Virus record (IMG/VR): IMGVR_UViG_3300031998_000056
Span: 1-64,000 of that record
Source of the DNA: a virus
Lineage: Duplodnaviria; Caudoviricetes
DNA length: 64,000 nt
Reading direction: 5' to 3' (one strand)
Shown: positions 25,248 through 36,100 of the stretch, one piece after another
Layout: the number at the start of each line of letters is the position of its first letter
Numbering within the stretch: the first letter of the stretch is position 1
Translations under genes and position numbers: made by a program
Notes under the pieces: model-generated
Databases searched by the model: none
Seen by the model: the letters and a program-made list of their open reading frames with translations, nothing else
What the model was told of the DNA's origin: nothing

Positions 25248-25994
25248 ATGGAAAAGTTCTTTAACATTCACGATTTAGGTCTTGGGCGAGGTACAGGAAG
25301 CCCAAGGGAGTTACTTGGTGCAGGGTTGATTTCAGAGCCAAAGGGATGGCTAAATTACGCTCTCGCTGGTGTCGGCTTGGCATCATCCATCATTGGAGGG
25401 ATAAAGGCTTCAGAGGCAGCGAAAAAGGCCGAGAGGAGGCAAAGACAGAGAGAAGCCGAAGAGAATGCGTGGTACACTCGCAGATACAATGAAGATTACA
25501 TCGACACCGCAGCAGGGCAGAACCTTGTTAGACGGGCAAAAGAGTTCGCCAAGAGCAATTGGAAGAAGGCACAGGGCGCACAGGCCGTTGCAGGGGGCAC
25601 AGATGCGGCCACAGCGATGGCAAAGGATGCAGGGAACAAGATGGTTGGCGAAACCTTGGCAAATGTAGCCGCAACCGACCAAAGCCGCAAAGCCCAAGTG
25701 GACGCGATGCACCGCCAAGCACAGGAGCAGTACGCACAGATGGATATGAACAGGGAAGTACAGAGGGCTAACGCTATTACACAGGCCGCACAGGGAGCAT
25801 CTAACGCTATGATGACGGGTGCTGTGCTGTTGGATGATGGTTCTAACCTCGTTGGTGGGAGTAATAAAGGTACGGAAACGACCACAACAGCCTCCACGAC
25901 AGGCAATCCTAACGCCACGACAACGCCCGTTGGTGCGCCAGCGTACTATCGAGCAGACGGAACGCCTGTGTTCACGAACAGGGGAACGACTTGA
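25248..25994 (+). CDS. probable internal virion / DNA ejection protein
   Basis: Gly/Ala/Gln-rich; LAGVGLASSIIGG hydrophobic patch followed by coiled coil, typical of podovirus ejection proteins. Confidence 0.6.
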   Translation: MEKFFNIHDLGLGRGTGSPRELLGAGLISEPKGWLNYALAGVGLASSIIGGIKASEAAKKAERRQRQREAEENAWYTRRYNEDYIDTAAGQNLVRRAKEFAKSNWKKAQGAQAVAGGTDAATAMAKDAGNKMVGETLANVAATDQSRKAQVDAMHRQAQEQYAQMDMNREVQRANAITQAAQGASNAMMTGAVLLDDGSNLVGGSNKGTETTTTASTTGNPNATTTPVGAPAYYRADGTPVFTNRGTT

Positions 25995-26146
25995 TGGGTG
26001 CGTGTGGGGTGTGTCCGAGGGGGTGGGGGTATTTACCACCCGAACAAGGTACAGCAGAAAAGGACACAGATAGATTTCTCGACCCCCCGGGGCTATAGTT
26101 ACCCTCTTAGTAACATGGGTTAAGTATATGAAAAAGTTTTTCAGTT

Positions 26147-26635
26147 ATGTTAGAGCAGATTAAGAACGTGATTGTAGGTATAATTTTGAGTGTTATCGCC
26201 TACTTAAAGCCGATTGAGGGGGAGTTATGGAGTTTATTCTTGATATTCTTCCTAAATTTCCTGTTTGGTTACTTATCAGGTATGATTGCCAATGGTGAGG
26301 AGTGGAACAACAGAAAAGCTTTAAGGTGTGTGGGTGAGGCCACGGTGTTTTTCGTGTTGTGTACTGCCATTTATGCTATAGGTAAGTTGAAGGGCCAGAT
26401 GGGAGGTGCGGTTCAGTGTGTGAGTTTTGTGACTTACGTAGTTATTTATTTTTATGGGATAAATATACTCAGGAACTGCAAGAAGATTTTCAAGGAGCAG
26501 ACGGCTCCCTGGCATGTAGTCAGTTGGTTGTATTATGTTTTGAGGTTCAAGTTCATTGAGAAGATACCTTTCTTGAGTGATTATTTGAACTTGAAGCAAA
26601 GTGACGAAAAGGTTTCAGCAAAGGAAGAAGAGTAG
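26147..26635 (+). CDS. holin-like membrane protein
   Basis: Multiple TM helices, directly upstream of the amidase. Confidence 0.75.
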   Translation: MLEQIKNVIVGIILSVIAYLKPIEGELWSLFLIFFLNFLFGYLSGMIANGEEWNNRKALRCVGEATVFFVLCTAIYAIGKLKGQMGGAVQCVSFVTYVVIYFYGINILRNCKKIFKEQTAPWHVVSWLYYVLRFKFIEKIPFLSDYLNLKQSDEKVSAKEEE

Positions 26636-26761
26636 TATGGTTTTCTTTTCATATAGTTTTTTGGTTAATAGTAAGTTTATTGGATCATGCGCCCGTTGTG
26701 GCTGTGAAGTTATGACGGGCCGTTTCTAAATGTAAAAATGTAGAAATGTAAGAATGTAAAA

Positions 26762-27406
26762 ATGGATAGGAGGGATAAATTAGTTATCTTAGGTACTGCT
26801 CACAGGTTAAGGGAATCTGGGAAGCAGAGTCCTGATGGTCTTTTAAGGGAGTGTGTGTACTCAAGGGAGATAATCTCTGAGTTGAAACCTAAACTTGAGA
26901 GTTATGGGCTTGAGGTTTTAATTGATTTGGAGGATTTGGACTTGCCGAAGAGTATGCAGACGCCGAGTGCTAAGTTAGAGAGACAGAGGGAGCTTGGTTT
27001 GAGAGTTAACGTAGTGAATAGTCTATGTAAGGACTATGGTAAGGATAACTGTTTATACGTTTCTATTCATTGTAACGCCTCTTCTGGGGATGGGAACTGG
27101 CACAACCCACATGGCTGGGGGGTGTATGTCTCTCCTCAAGCAGGGAGGAAGAGTAGGATATTAGCCAATTGTTTAGCTGAAGAAGCTTATAAGCATAACT
27201 TATATGTCAGACAACCTTTGAGAGAACAACTTTATTGGGAGCAGTCTATTTATGTTTTAAATAGAACGTATTGTCCGGCTGTTTTGACTGAGAATCTTTT
27301 TCAAGATAATAAGAAAGACGTTGAGTATCTTTTAAGTGATGAGGGGAGGCACAATATTACTCGACTTCACGTAGAAGGGATACTTCGATATGTCGAGGGA
27401 CTTTAA
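26762..27406 (+). CDS. endolysin, N-acetylmuramoyl-L-alanine amidase (Amidase_3)
   Basis: GTAH, RECVYS, SIHCNA, PAVLTENLFQDN zinc-amidase motifs. Confidence 0.92.
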   Translation: MDRRDKLVILGTAHRLRESGKQSPDGLLRECVYSREIISELKPKLESYGLEVLIDLEDLDLPKSMQTPSAKLERQRELGLRVNVVNSLCKDYGKDNCLYVSIHCNASSGDGNWHNPHGWGVYVSPQAGRKSRILANCLAEEAYKHNLYVRQPLREQLYWEQSIYVLNRTYCPAVLTENLFQDNKKDVEYLLSDEGRHNITRLHVEGILRYVEGL

Positions 27407-27432
27407 ACTTTAACCTTTGAACTTTGAACTTT

Positions 27433-27633
27433 ATGAAGAAAGACGAAGAACTGATCGAGCATTGGATGTTACTTGCGAGTGCGGTTTTTACCGCAGAGGA
27501 CAGGTTAAGGGAAGAGTGGAGACCGAAACTCTTGGCCGCTGTAGATGGTGGAGAGGAGTTAAAGACCTTCACCGCACAAGCTTATTTAAGGGCAATAGCA
27601 AAAGAAATAATATCTATTGGAGATGGAAAATGA
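27433..27633 (+). CDS. hypothetical protein
   Basis: Start MKKDEE. Confidence 0.6.
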   Translation: MKKDEELIEHWMLLASAVFTAEDRLREEWRPKLLAAVDGGEELKTFTAQAYLRAIAKEIISIGDGK

Positions 27634-28075
27634 AGAGATATTTGAGCGGAGCTTCGACAGGCTTCTCTATGTAGGGATAGCGGTAGTTATCGGGATTGTC
27701 TTTTGTATCTTATTGAGTTCGTGTAAGACCCAATACGTACCCGTAGAGACGATTAAAACCGAGTATATCACTAATACCGTTCATGATTCAGTCTACTTTG
27801 AGACGATAAAGAACGATTCCATAGTCATTAGGGAAAAGGGAGATACCATCTTTGTAGATAGGTGGCACACTTTATATCAAGACCGATGGAGGGAGAGATT
27901 AGTGACCGATACTCTGATTAAGGTAGATTCCATACAGGTTCCCTATCCTGTGGAGAAGAAATTATCCTTTTGGGAGAAAGCGAGATATACATCATTAGGG
28001 ATGGTGTGTTCTGTGATTCTTTTAGGGATTGTAGGAATAGCTTTATGGATTAGACGAAGATATAAGAGACTATGA
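27617..28075 (+). CDS. putative unimolecular spanin
   Basis: Lipobox LLSSC after a hydrophobic signal, plus C-terminal TM helix, in the lysis cassette. Confidence 0.6.
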   Translation: MEMENEEIFERSFDRLLYVGIAVVIGIVFCILLSSCKTQYVPVETIKTEYITNTVHDSVYFETIKNDSIVIREKGDTIFVDRWHTLYQDRWRERLVTDTLIKVDSIQVPYPVEKKLSFWEKARYTSLGMVCSVILLGIVGIALWIRRRYKRL

Positions 28076-28473
28076 GAGACGCCGGAAGAGATATAAGAAG
28101 GAACTCCCGTCAGGCTGTAGCTTTGGCTGACGTGGCTAAGAGAGGGTTCTTAGATGGTTGGTTATTAGACAACCAGACCAACTTCATTGAGACGATGGAC
28201 TTGGTTAGGGATGGCGCACCCGTTCAGTGGGCCAAACTCTATTTAGAGGCGTATAAGATGGGGTTGGTGAAGGAGCAGAATATCAATATCAATATAAACA
28301 GACAGCAAGACAGAGAGAATCTACAGGCTCTTGTTCATGCACGGATCACTCCACAATTGGAAGCCTATACACCTTTTGAGGAAGTTACACCAACTCCTGT
28401 CTTAGACGATGGAGAGTTAGCGAAGGAAGAGGATTTGAAGAAACGAACCTTAGAGATATTAAAGAAGAAATGA
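28072..28473 (+). CDS. hypothetical protein (possibly terminase small subunit-like)
   Basis: 133-aa ORF; function guessed only from size and context. Confidence 0.55.
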   Translation: MRDAGRDIRRNSRQAVALADVAKRGFLDGWLLDNQTNFIETMDLVRDGAPVQWAKLYLEAYKMGLVKEQNINININRQQDRENLQALVHARITPQLEAYTPFEEVTPTPVLDDGELAKEEDLKKRTLEILKKK

Positions 28474-31193
28474 AGCAGCAGCAGTTGACCTTTGAAAAGG
28501 GAATAACGAATATCCCGAGTGACCTTATCTGTTCCGACCATTGCTTGGAGAAGTCCGAAGGGATGATATACAGAGATGGGGAGCATCATGTGGTGCAGAA
28601 GCCGAAAGTTACTACTATTCCAAATGGGAAGAAACTTATATTCGTCCACAAGACGGCTGATGGCGAAAAGTATATCTATGAAACAACGGCAAGTAATGTG
28701 ACGACCATATCATATTATAATGGCAGCGGTTATGTGACAATAGGTAGCGGAAGTGCATACGAAACAATAAATAGCATCGTAGCCATAGGTAATACTCTTA
28801 TTGTGTCATTTGGCAGCACAATCAAATACTACCTATATTCGCCGACGCTTGTCAACAACAGCAACTACACAGACCTTGGGGATATTCCAGAACCTAAAGT
28901 AAAGTTCCGCATGGGAATGGAGCAGGGTATGGATGATGACGCTAACAGGTATAAACGTGGTTATTCATTAGTGAAAAGCACCGGAGACCCAAATGATATC
29001 ATTGGATATCAAGGAGATAACCCAGCTACAGCGCAATACTATTACATAAAGACTGATAATGAAGGGGCGCAAACAAAGTACGACAACCTCGTTGTAGGTC
29101 TTTATGCAAAGAATCAGAAAAGCATTAAACAGAAGAAAGGCTTCTGCGAACCGTTCTGCGCGAGGGTTGCTTTGGAGATGTATGACGGAAGTTATACCAA
29201 GATAACAAACCCTGTTGTCCTTCTCCCGACCATCAGAAGAAGCTCCCACGCATACAATACACATGGGGAGTTTTCCTTGCGCACACGCTACAGCTTCCTG
29301 TACTGCCATCTTGATTCAAGTGTTGATTATACAAAGTGGAGTGATATAGTAAAAGATGTGGTAGTCTTTATATCAGACGGTGTGAATATATATGATACGG
29401 CCGTAGAGCAGCCGTATAATATGGACAATAACATAAAGAAGCTGATAGAAGCGGCGTTTTATTCGACACCGACAGCTTCCGACCCAGACTTTCTGACAGA
29501 CGGAGTAGCATACAATACGGAAACATCTGGAGACCAAAGGAACAAGCTGTATAAGACTTGGGTAGATAGTTCGGCATCAGGGGATAGACGTTGGTTTGTT
29601 TTACAGGAGCGTCCTGAGAACAAGATTCAAGAGGATATTGCCAGCCTTTCGATATATTACAGGCTGTGTTCTTTGGGAAGGATAGGCACAAGTGGCTTTG
29701 TTGGGTTATCTGAAAAGATAGACACTCACACATTAGAGAATCTTACTACTCAAGAGACGCTTCCGAATGACGACTATTATTCCCACTGCAAGCTGAAAGC
29801 CTCTTTCTTGAATACGTACAACTCCCGTCTGAACATGGCTGGGGTTGAACGAGGATTCTTTGAGGGGTTTGAGGACTTCCTTCCTTACGACAACGCATCA
29901 CCAGCCTTGCAGTACACGTCTTATGTAACCATAAAGACACCATCGGGAGATAAGATAATCAGCCATACATATACAACACAACAAAAACAGGAGCTGTATT
30001 TCTATTATCCAGACCCAAGGGCTACGCACGTAACCATTATGCAAGGCACAACATGTATGATGGACTTACCATTAAAGGAGCATCAGGGCTTGAATGGGGC
30101 ATACGCACTTCGATACCTACCCGGAGGACTTTTGGATGACCCACAATACCGCCCGTCAGCATCTGCTCCTTCAACCACCAACAACAACGACACGGAGAAG
30201 CTTGGCAACTACTTATTAAATTCTGAGGTGAACAACCCGTTTGTGTTCCAAAAAAGCGGTTATCACAAGGTGGGAGACGGGAAGATAGTCGGTATGGCCT
30301 CGCAGACACAGGCATTGAGCCAAGGTCAGTTCGGTCAATACCCGTTGATGGTGTTCACGACAGAGGGAATATGGGCATTGAGCCTTGACAACACAGGTCA
30401 GTTCGTGGCTATACACCCCATGAGCCGAGAGGTGGCGCTTGAGAACAATCCTTGCATCCTTCCTGTGGATGGTGCGGTGTTCTTCGTGTCGAAGAAAGGA
30501 CTGATGGTAGTAAGTGGAAGCACGGTTAAGTGTGTGAGTGAGCAGTTAAGCGGAAAGACTAATGGAACGATGGGTAACTTCTGCGACTATCTTGCGAGTG
30601 CTTTCATGGCGTATGACTACAGGGATTCGCTGATATGGATATTTGACGGGAGAAGCACAACGAGTGGAGGAACGACAACGTTTGGCAGCAGATATTGTTA
30701 TATCTATAGCATCAAGAGTGGCACGTTTGGTTCGTATGACTTTGGCCAAGTATCAAGCCAAGATGTTATCATCGAGAATGCGGTCAACAACTATCCCGAC
30801 TATCTGATTCAGAGGAATACCACCTCCAGCACGAAGCCTATCTTTACCTTACTTGGCAGGGATGACATCAACGTGGAGGCGGCTGCCGTTACTCCTGTGA
30901 CATACAGCCCGAAGCTCATTACCCGTCCTTTGAAGTTAGAGAACGGCTTGGCTTTGAAGAGTTTGGTTCAGATTAAACACATCTGTTCATTGACAAGTGC
31001 GGCCACGCAGCCTCTAACGTTAGTGATAAAGGCTTCTAACGATGCAAAGTCGTGGGTAACTCTGAGTTCGTTAAGAGGCTTGCCTTGGAAATACTACAAG
31101 TTTGAATACACGTTCACGAGAATTAGGTCGGTAGACACCTTTGCCGGAACGATCGTGGTGACGGAAGAGAGAAGGACGAACAAATTGAGATAA
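28470..31193 (+). CDS. tail nozzle / stabilization protein (P22 gp10 / T7 gp12-like)
   Basis: 907 aa, beta-rich; SEVNNPFVF, GQFGQYPLMVFTTEGIWAL, LITRPLKL motifs. Confidence 0.7.
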   Translation: MKQQQLTFEKGITNIPSDLICSDHCLEKSEGMIYRDGEHHVVQKPKVTTIPNGKKLIFVHKTADGEKYIYETTASNVTTISYYNGSGYVTIGSGSAYETINSIVAIGNTLIVSFGSTIKYYLYSPTLVNNSNYTDLGDIPEPKVKFRMGMEQGMDDDANRYKRGYSLVKSTGDPNDIIGYQGDNPATAQYYYIKTDNEGAQTKYDNLVVGLYAKNQKSIKQKKGFCEPFCARVALEMYDGSYTKITNPVVLLPTIRRSSHAYNTHGEFSLRTRYSFLYCHLDSSVDYTKWSDIVKDVVVFISDGVNIYDTAVEQPYNMDNNIKKLIEAAFYSTPTASDPDFLTDGVAYNTETSGDQRNKLYKTWVDSSASGDRRWFVLQERPENKIQEDIASLSIYYRLCSLGRIGTSGFVGLSEKIDTHTLENLTTQETLPNDDYYSHCKLKASFLNTYNSRLNMAGVERGFFEGFEDFLPYDNASPALQYTSYVTIKTPSGDKIISHTYTTQQKQELYFYYPDPRATHVTIMQGTTCMMDLPLKEHQGLNGAYALRYLPGGLLDDPQYRPSASAPSTTNNNDTEKLGNYLLNSEVNNPFVFQKSGYHKVGDGKIVGMASQTQALSQGQFGQYPLMVFTTEGIWALSLDNTGQFVAIHPMSREVALENNPCILPVDGAVFFVSKKGLMVVSGSTVKCVSEQLSGKTNGTMGNFCDYLASAFMAYDYRDSLIWIFDGRSTTSGGTTTFGSRYCYIYSIKSGTFGSYDFGQVSSQDVIIENAVNNYPDYLIQRNTTSSTKPIFTLLGRDDINVEAAAVTPVTYSPKLITRPLKLENGLALKSLVQIKHICSLTSAATQPLTLVIKASNDAKSWVTLSSLRGLPWKYYKFEYTFTRIRSVDTFAGTIVVTEERRTNKLR

Positions 31194-31227
31194 GCCCATC
31201 CCCATCCCTTCCCCAAGGGAGGGGGGA

Positions 31228-31764
31228 TTAAACGCCCGCCTGTTCTTCTTTCTGTTGTCGTTTAAGAGCCTGCAATTCTTTGCGGGCTTTTATCTTTGCG
31301 CGTTTCGCTTTCAGCCTTTCGTAGTTGCGGATGGTGCGTTTGGTGGGAATAGTCCTTCCGTCATCATCAATGAGATGTCGTTTGATTCCCATTCGCGTGT
31401 CTGCGAGTATTCGTGGAGTGACGAAGAACTCTGGGGCTGGACGAAGGACTGCGAAGCGGAGGATATAATACAGCTTCTTCCCAGCGAACTCCCTCTTTTC
31501 CGACATCTCAAGGACTTGGTTATAGAGAGAGTAGTACATACGTTTTCTATAAGGGAGCATCTTGTTTACATGGGTAAAGTCTCCTTTTACCATTGGGGAT
31601 ATTACTTGCAAGGCTTGCTTTGGTGTGATGTAATAACGTGGTGCAGGGAGAAGGATGGCTTTCCTGTAGGCTTGCTGTTGAGACCAGCACTTGTCGGCGA
31701 CCTGCGAGTAAGCTTTGATGAGGTCGTCCTGTCGTTGTTTGGTGATGTCGTAATCTACTTTCAT
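31228..31764 (-). CDS. conserved basic hypothetical protein (PAPRYY/PAPEFF repeat)
   Basis: Lone minus-strand gene with its own TATATTTG -7 box at 31808-31815. Confidence 0.75.
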   Translation of the reverse strand: MKVDYDITKQRQDDLIKAYSQVADKCWSQQQAYRKAILLPAPRYYITPKQALQVISPMVKGDFTHVNKMLPYRKRMYYSLYNQVLEMSEKREFAGKKLYYILRFAVLRPAPEFFVTPRILADTRMGIKRHLIDDDGRTIPTKRTIRNYERLKAKRAKIKARKELQALKRQQKEEQAGV

Positions 31765-31972
31765 TGCCTTTGAACTTTGAACTTTGAACATTGAACTTTA
31801 GGTGTTGCAAATATAAATCATTTCCTTGTTCTGTGCAACGTTTTTGTTGCGCGTAGCAAATGATAACAAATGTTTGGTGGGTGTGTTAAGAAATTATAAC
31901 ATTTATAACTCAAAACAAGGAAAGACGAATGTCTTTATCTCCTATTTTTGTGCGCAGAAATATTGTAAACTT

Positions 31973-33136
31973 ATGGCAAATTTATTCGCAAAGAAACCCC
32001 TTGACTTTGGCGTGAAGCCATTGGAACAGCCCGTTCCTGTGTACAGACCACAAGAACCAGGGAGTATTGCTGCGGCATATAAAGCAGCAGAGGAGAATGG
32101 TACGTGGAAGCCTACGGTTCAGCCACAGACTGTAAAGGCCATGCCAGCCGTCAATCCAAACAGCGACACAAGCGGTATGGATGCTCTTTTGTCTATGTAC
32201 ACCAGCCCCGAGGATGAGCTGAAGATGAAACGTGCAAGCATGAACAACCAACGGATATTGGCTGTTGCAGATGCTTTACGGCACATCGGGAACATCTATA
32301 ACACCACGAACTACGCTCCAGCCCAGCAGTTCAACAACCCTGTGTTAGAGGCACGTCAGCGTTACCAGCAAGACAAAGCTTTACGTGATGCGGCCAATGC
32401 AAGATACATGACCTATCAACAGGCAAAGGCAGCGCAAGACCAGAAACAGAGACAATGGGAGGCCACGTTTAACTATAACTTGGCGAAGGACGCAGCAGAC
32501 TATGAGTTGAAGAAACAGCAAGCAGACGCTAATGTAGCCCGTCAGAATGCACTTGCAGAGCTTGACAAGGCAAGACAAGAGGGTGTGATTTCCGAGAACG
32601 AGTACAAGAGGATACGCAACGAATGGTATCCCAAACAACAGGAGGCCGCGCTTGAGAAAACAAAGGCGCAAACGCAGTCTGCAAAGACAACCGCATGGAA
32701 CAGCACCCGATGGACGAATGAGCGCATCAGGAAGTCACAAGAAGGTGGTGGCGGTGGAGGCGGAAGCAAGAGTTTCGGAGACCCGTTGGAAACTCCCAAT
32801 GGAAAGATACGGCCTATCAGCAGAAACTACCCAGACCAAATCCGACAGATGTATGATTATGCGAAAGAGAACAACATGATACAATCTGAATCTGGCAATG
32901 ATGCTTTGTCGAGAATCCAAGCGAGATTTCGTAACACCAAAGAACCGACTGACGCACAGAAACGACAGGTAGTTATGGGCTTGCTTCGTAACAATCCAGC
33001 AATGGCCAATTACGCCCATGAGATGTTTGGCTGGGAATATGTGAACGGTGGTACTACAAGCGGAAGAGGCACTATGCCCGGCGTTCAAGTTAGTGGGAAT
33101 GATAATAGCAGAGGTACAATGCCCGGTGTTCAATAA
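31973..33136 (+). CDS. probable internal virion / ejection protein
   Basis: Start MANLF after a TATTTTTG box; Ala/Gln coiled coil; C-terminal RGTMPGVQ twice; directly upstream of the giant gene. Confidence 0.7.
   Translation: MANLFAKKPLDFGVKPLEQPVPVYRPQEPGSIAAAYKAAEENGTWKPTVQPQTVKAMPAVNPNSDTSGMDALLSMYTSPEDELKMKRASMNNQRILAVADALRHIGNIYNTTNYAPAQQFNNPVLEARQRYQQDKALRDAANARYMTYQQAKAAQDQKQRQWEATFNYNLAKDAADYELKKQQADANVARQNALAELDKARQEGVISENEYKRIRNEWYPKQQEAALEKTKAQTQSAKTTAWNSTRWTNERIRKSQEGGGGGGGSKSFGDPLETPNGKIRPISRNYPDQIRQMYDYAKENNMIQSESGNDALSRIQARFRNTKEPTDAQKRQVVMGLLRNNPAMANYAHEMFGWEYVNGGTTSGRGTMPGVQVSGNDNSRGTMPGVQ
32345..32383 (+). repeat. donor of the 39-bp insert at 7414-7452
   Basis: Encodes LEARQRYQQDKAL; 38/39 identity. 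Confidence 0.95.
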
Positions 33137-33141
33137 ATAAA

Positions 33142-36100
33142 TTGATATTTATGAAAAACGAAAGCAGAGAGTGGTTGTACAAAACCCTTAGTGGGAACGG
33201 ATATAACGTAGGTAAAGACTATGCTCAGTTCGATTCTTTGATGACGAACAACGCCGATAGCCGCAAGTGGGTGTATGAAACCATGCGCAGCAACGGATAT
33301 AATGTTGGTAAGGACTATAACGAGTTTGAAGGTCTTGTCAATCCCGTACAAGCTACAGAGCAACCAACGGGTGTTGTAAATCGCTTCAAGGATAAGGTAA
33401 GCGCCATTAAGGACAAAGCCGAACAGGTAGCCAACCAGCCTACGGTACATGTAGGCGGTGACGGGATGACCTTTACTGAATCCCAGCTTGATTCCATAGA
33501 TAATGGTGCGAAGCCTGTTTATGTAGGAAACCAACCCGTTCAGCAACCTAAACAGGCCGTTCAGCAGACTGAACCACGTAGAACACTCAGAACTCCACAA
33601 GAGTTGAAAGAGGAACTGCGTCAGATTAACCCTGATGTGGCAGACAAGGCAGAGGCATTGGAGCGCACAGAACGTGAGACACGCGCCTTTGCTCCTACAC
33701 ATCTTGTAGAGGATTACAACCGCACAGCCGAAGAAACAAACAAGGAACTGACGGAAGCATTTAAGCGTGGCGCATTCAGACGGCCTACACTTGATGACGA
33801 GTTGGAGGCAGCGTACAGAGACAAAGCACGTTTAGAGGAAGAGATTTCTGCAAATGCTGGCCCTGGTGGAGCATCAAAGGGGTGGGCTACAAAGATGTCA
33901 CAGGCAAGTAACGGCTCACCTATTGATGTAAACACAGCAGACGAGGACAGACGCGCAGCACTCAGACAGGTTGAAAACAGGATACAAACCCTTGAGGATG
34001 AGAAGAACAATGCAGGTTTCTGGAGAGGATTGAGCGGCGATCTGTTCAAACCACAGAATTGGAGCTTCGGAATCGTAGACTTGGCCGATGCCACAAGGTT
34101 GCGTAATGCTGTTGGTGCTGGAGACAAAGTGACAGACACCCAGAAGGAGTTGTTGCGTAACACGCTTTTGGCTAATGATGCAGAATCAAGATACGGTCGT
34201 AATCGCAACGCTTGGTACAGAGCAGGTAAGATGGGCGCACTCAGCATTCAGATGATGCCCGACTTTATGCTTGGTATGGGTGGCATGAAATCCGCAGCAA
34301 GAACGGGTATAAACCTTGCAACGAAAGCTGGCGTTAAGGCTCTTGGCGAGAAAGCCATGCAGAAGGGGCTTATCAAGTACACCACGAAAGCTCTTGGCTT
34401 GGCTGGCGGTTCACTTGCTGGCGGTGCGAGAATGGTCAATACCATACAGCTTCCGCGTTTAGGCGCAGAGGCCATGAAGAACTATAACGGCAACCTCGTT
34501 CAAGACGAGAACGGAAAGTATAAGTTCGAAGATGGAGAAGAAAACTTCTTGGATGCCGTATTAAAGGCCGAACAGACACTTATCCCCGAAGCCGCAAGCG
34601 AGGTTGGTGGTGAGTTTACGCCCGGCGTAGGAAGAATCCTTGGCGGTTTAGGCATGAAGAAGATAGCTAAGGGCCTTTCTGCGGTGCAAGGTACAAAATT
34701 GTACAAGAACGTAAGCAAGGCCTTGGCAAAGACAGGATTCAACGGCGCACCAAGTGAAGCATTTGAAGAATATGCCAATGATGTGTATTCAATGATGCTT
34801 GGCGATAAGAGTGGTATCTTTGGTGAGAACGGACAAGGCGGATGGGGAGAAGGCCAAAAGCATTTGGATATTTGGCTTGGCACAGGAACGCTTGGTGCTT
34901 TGCTTCACGCCCCCACGATAGCAGGTACTGGCTTTGGTGCTGCTCAATATTATAGATATAAGCACAAGACGAACACAGCCGACAAGAATGCGAAAGAGCT
35001 TCTTGGTGCGATGACGTGGGATAATATCAAGAAAAGCATTGATAATTCCACAAACGACAACATTTCCGATGTTGTAACAGCAATCTTTAAAGCAGGCGGT
35101 CTTGACAGAGAAGGAAAGAAAGCTGTCATCGACTACGCAGGTAACTTGCAGAAACAACGTGGTTTCAGCCTTGGACTGACCGCTGCAAAGAATGAAGAGG
35201 GAAGAGGCAAGGAAGGTGCTACTGCCGATGTACTCGACAACAGTTATGGTGCAGGTTATGAAGCAGAAGGAAGGGAGCAGAAGGAAGGTATAAAAGCCAC
35301 CTTTGACGCTGCCACGCAGAACCTTGATGCTATGGGCGAGGATATTGCCTCGATGGTGAAGGATGAAGAGAATCCTCCAATGGCTGTACTCAGTTATATG
35401 ATGGGCCACAGGGATTCCTATAGCGATGAGCAGATTTCAGCCGCAGCCGACTACTATCAGGCAAAGATGCAGCTTCAAGGTATGGAGCAAGCAGAAGCAG
35501 ACAATGCCGAGATAGAAGGTGAGCAGACACCGAAACCATTATATACTACCGTAGAGCAGAGCGATGGCAAGTTCAACGTGAGTTCGTTTGACAAGAACGG
35601 CAACCTATTAGGACAGCAGAGCTTCGACACAGAGGACGAAGCCAATGCCTATCGTGGAGAGGTGAAGATGCAGAAAGAGCATCAAGACCTACAGGACTAT
35701 ATTGGTAGGATGGGGGCGCAAGGTGCTAATACCATCGCTCAGTTTGAACAGGAGAACGGCTGGGAACCAGGTACTATACAAAAGCTGACCGAAGCAGACC
35801 CGATGCAGATGAGTGACGAGGAGTTGCAGATGGCCGACCAAGCAAGAGCATTCCTCCAAGAACAGGCTTATCCTCCTACGGAAGTTCACATCGGACATAG
35901 CGAGGAGCAGGGTGCAGAGGCAGCAGACGATGCAGACATCGACACCGACACGCCAAATGCAGAGGTGGTTGCGTCTGTTGTCGTTCCTTATGTGGAGTCA
36001 AGAGACAAACTTTCCGACCTATTCAAGCGTAATGAAGAATTAGCCGAAGAGGTGCAGCTTTATGAGCAGATGGGCAAGAGCGAACAGGAGATTGTGTCTA

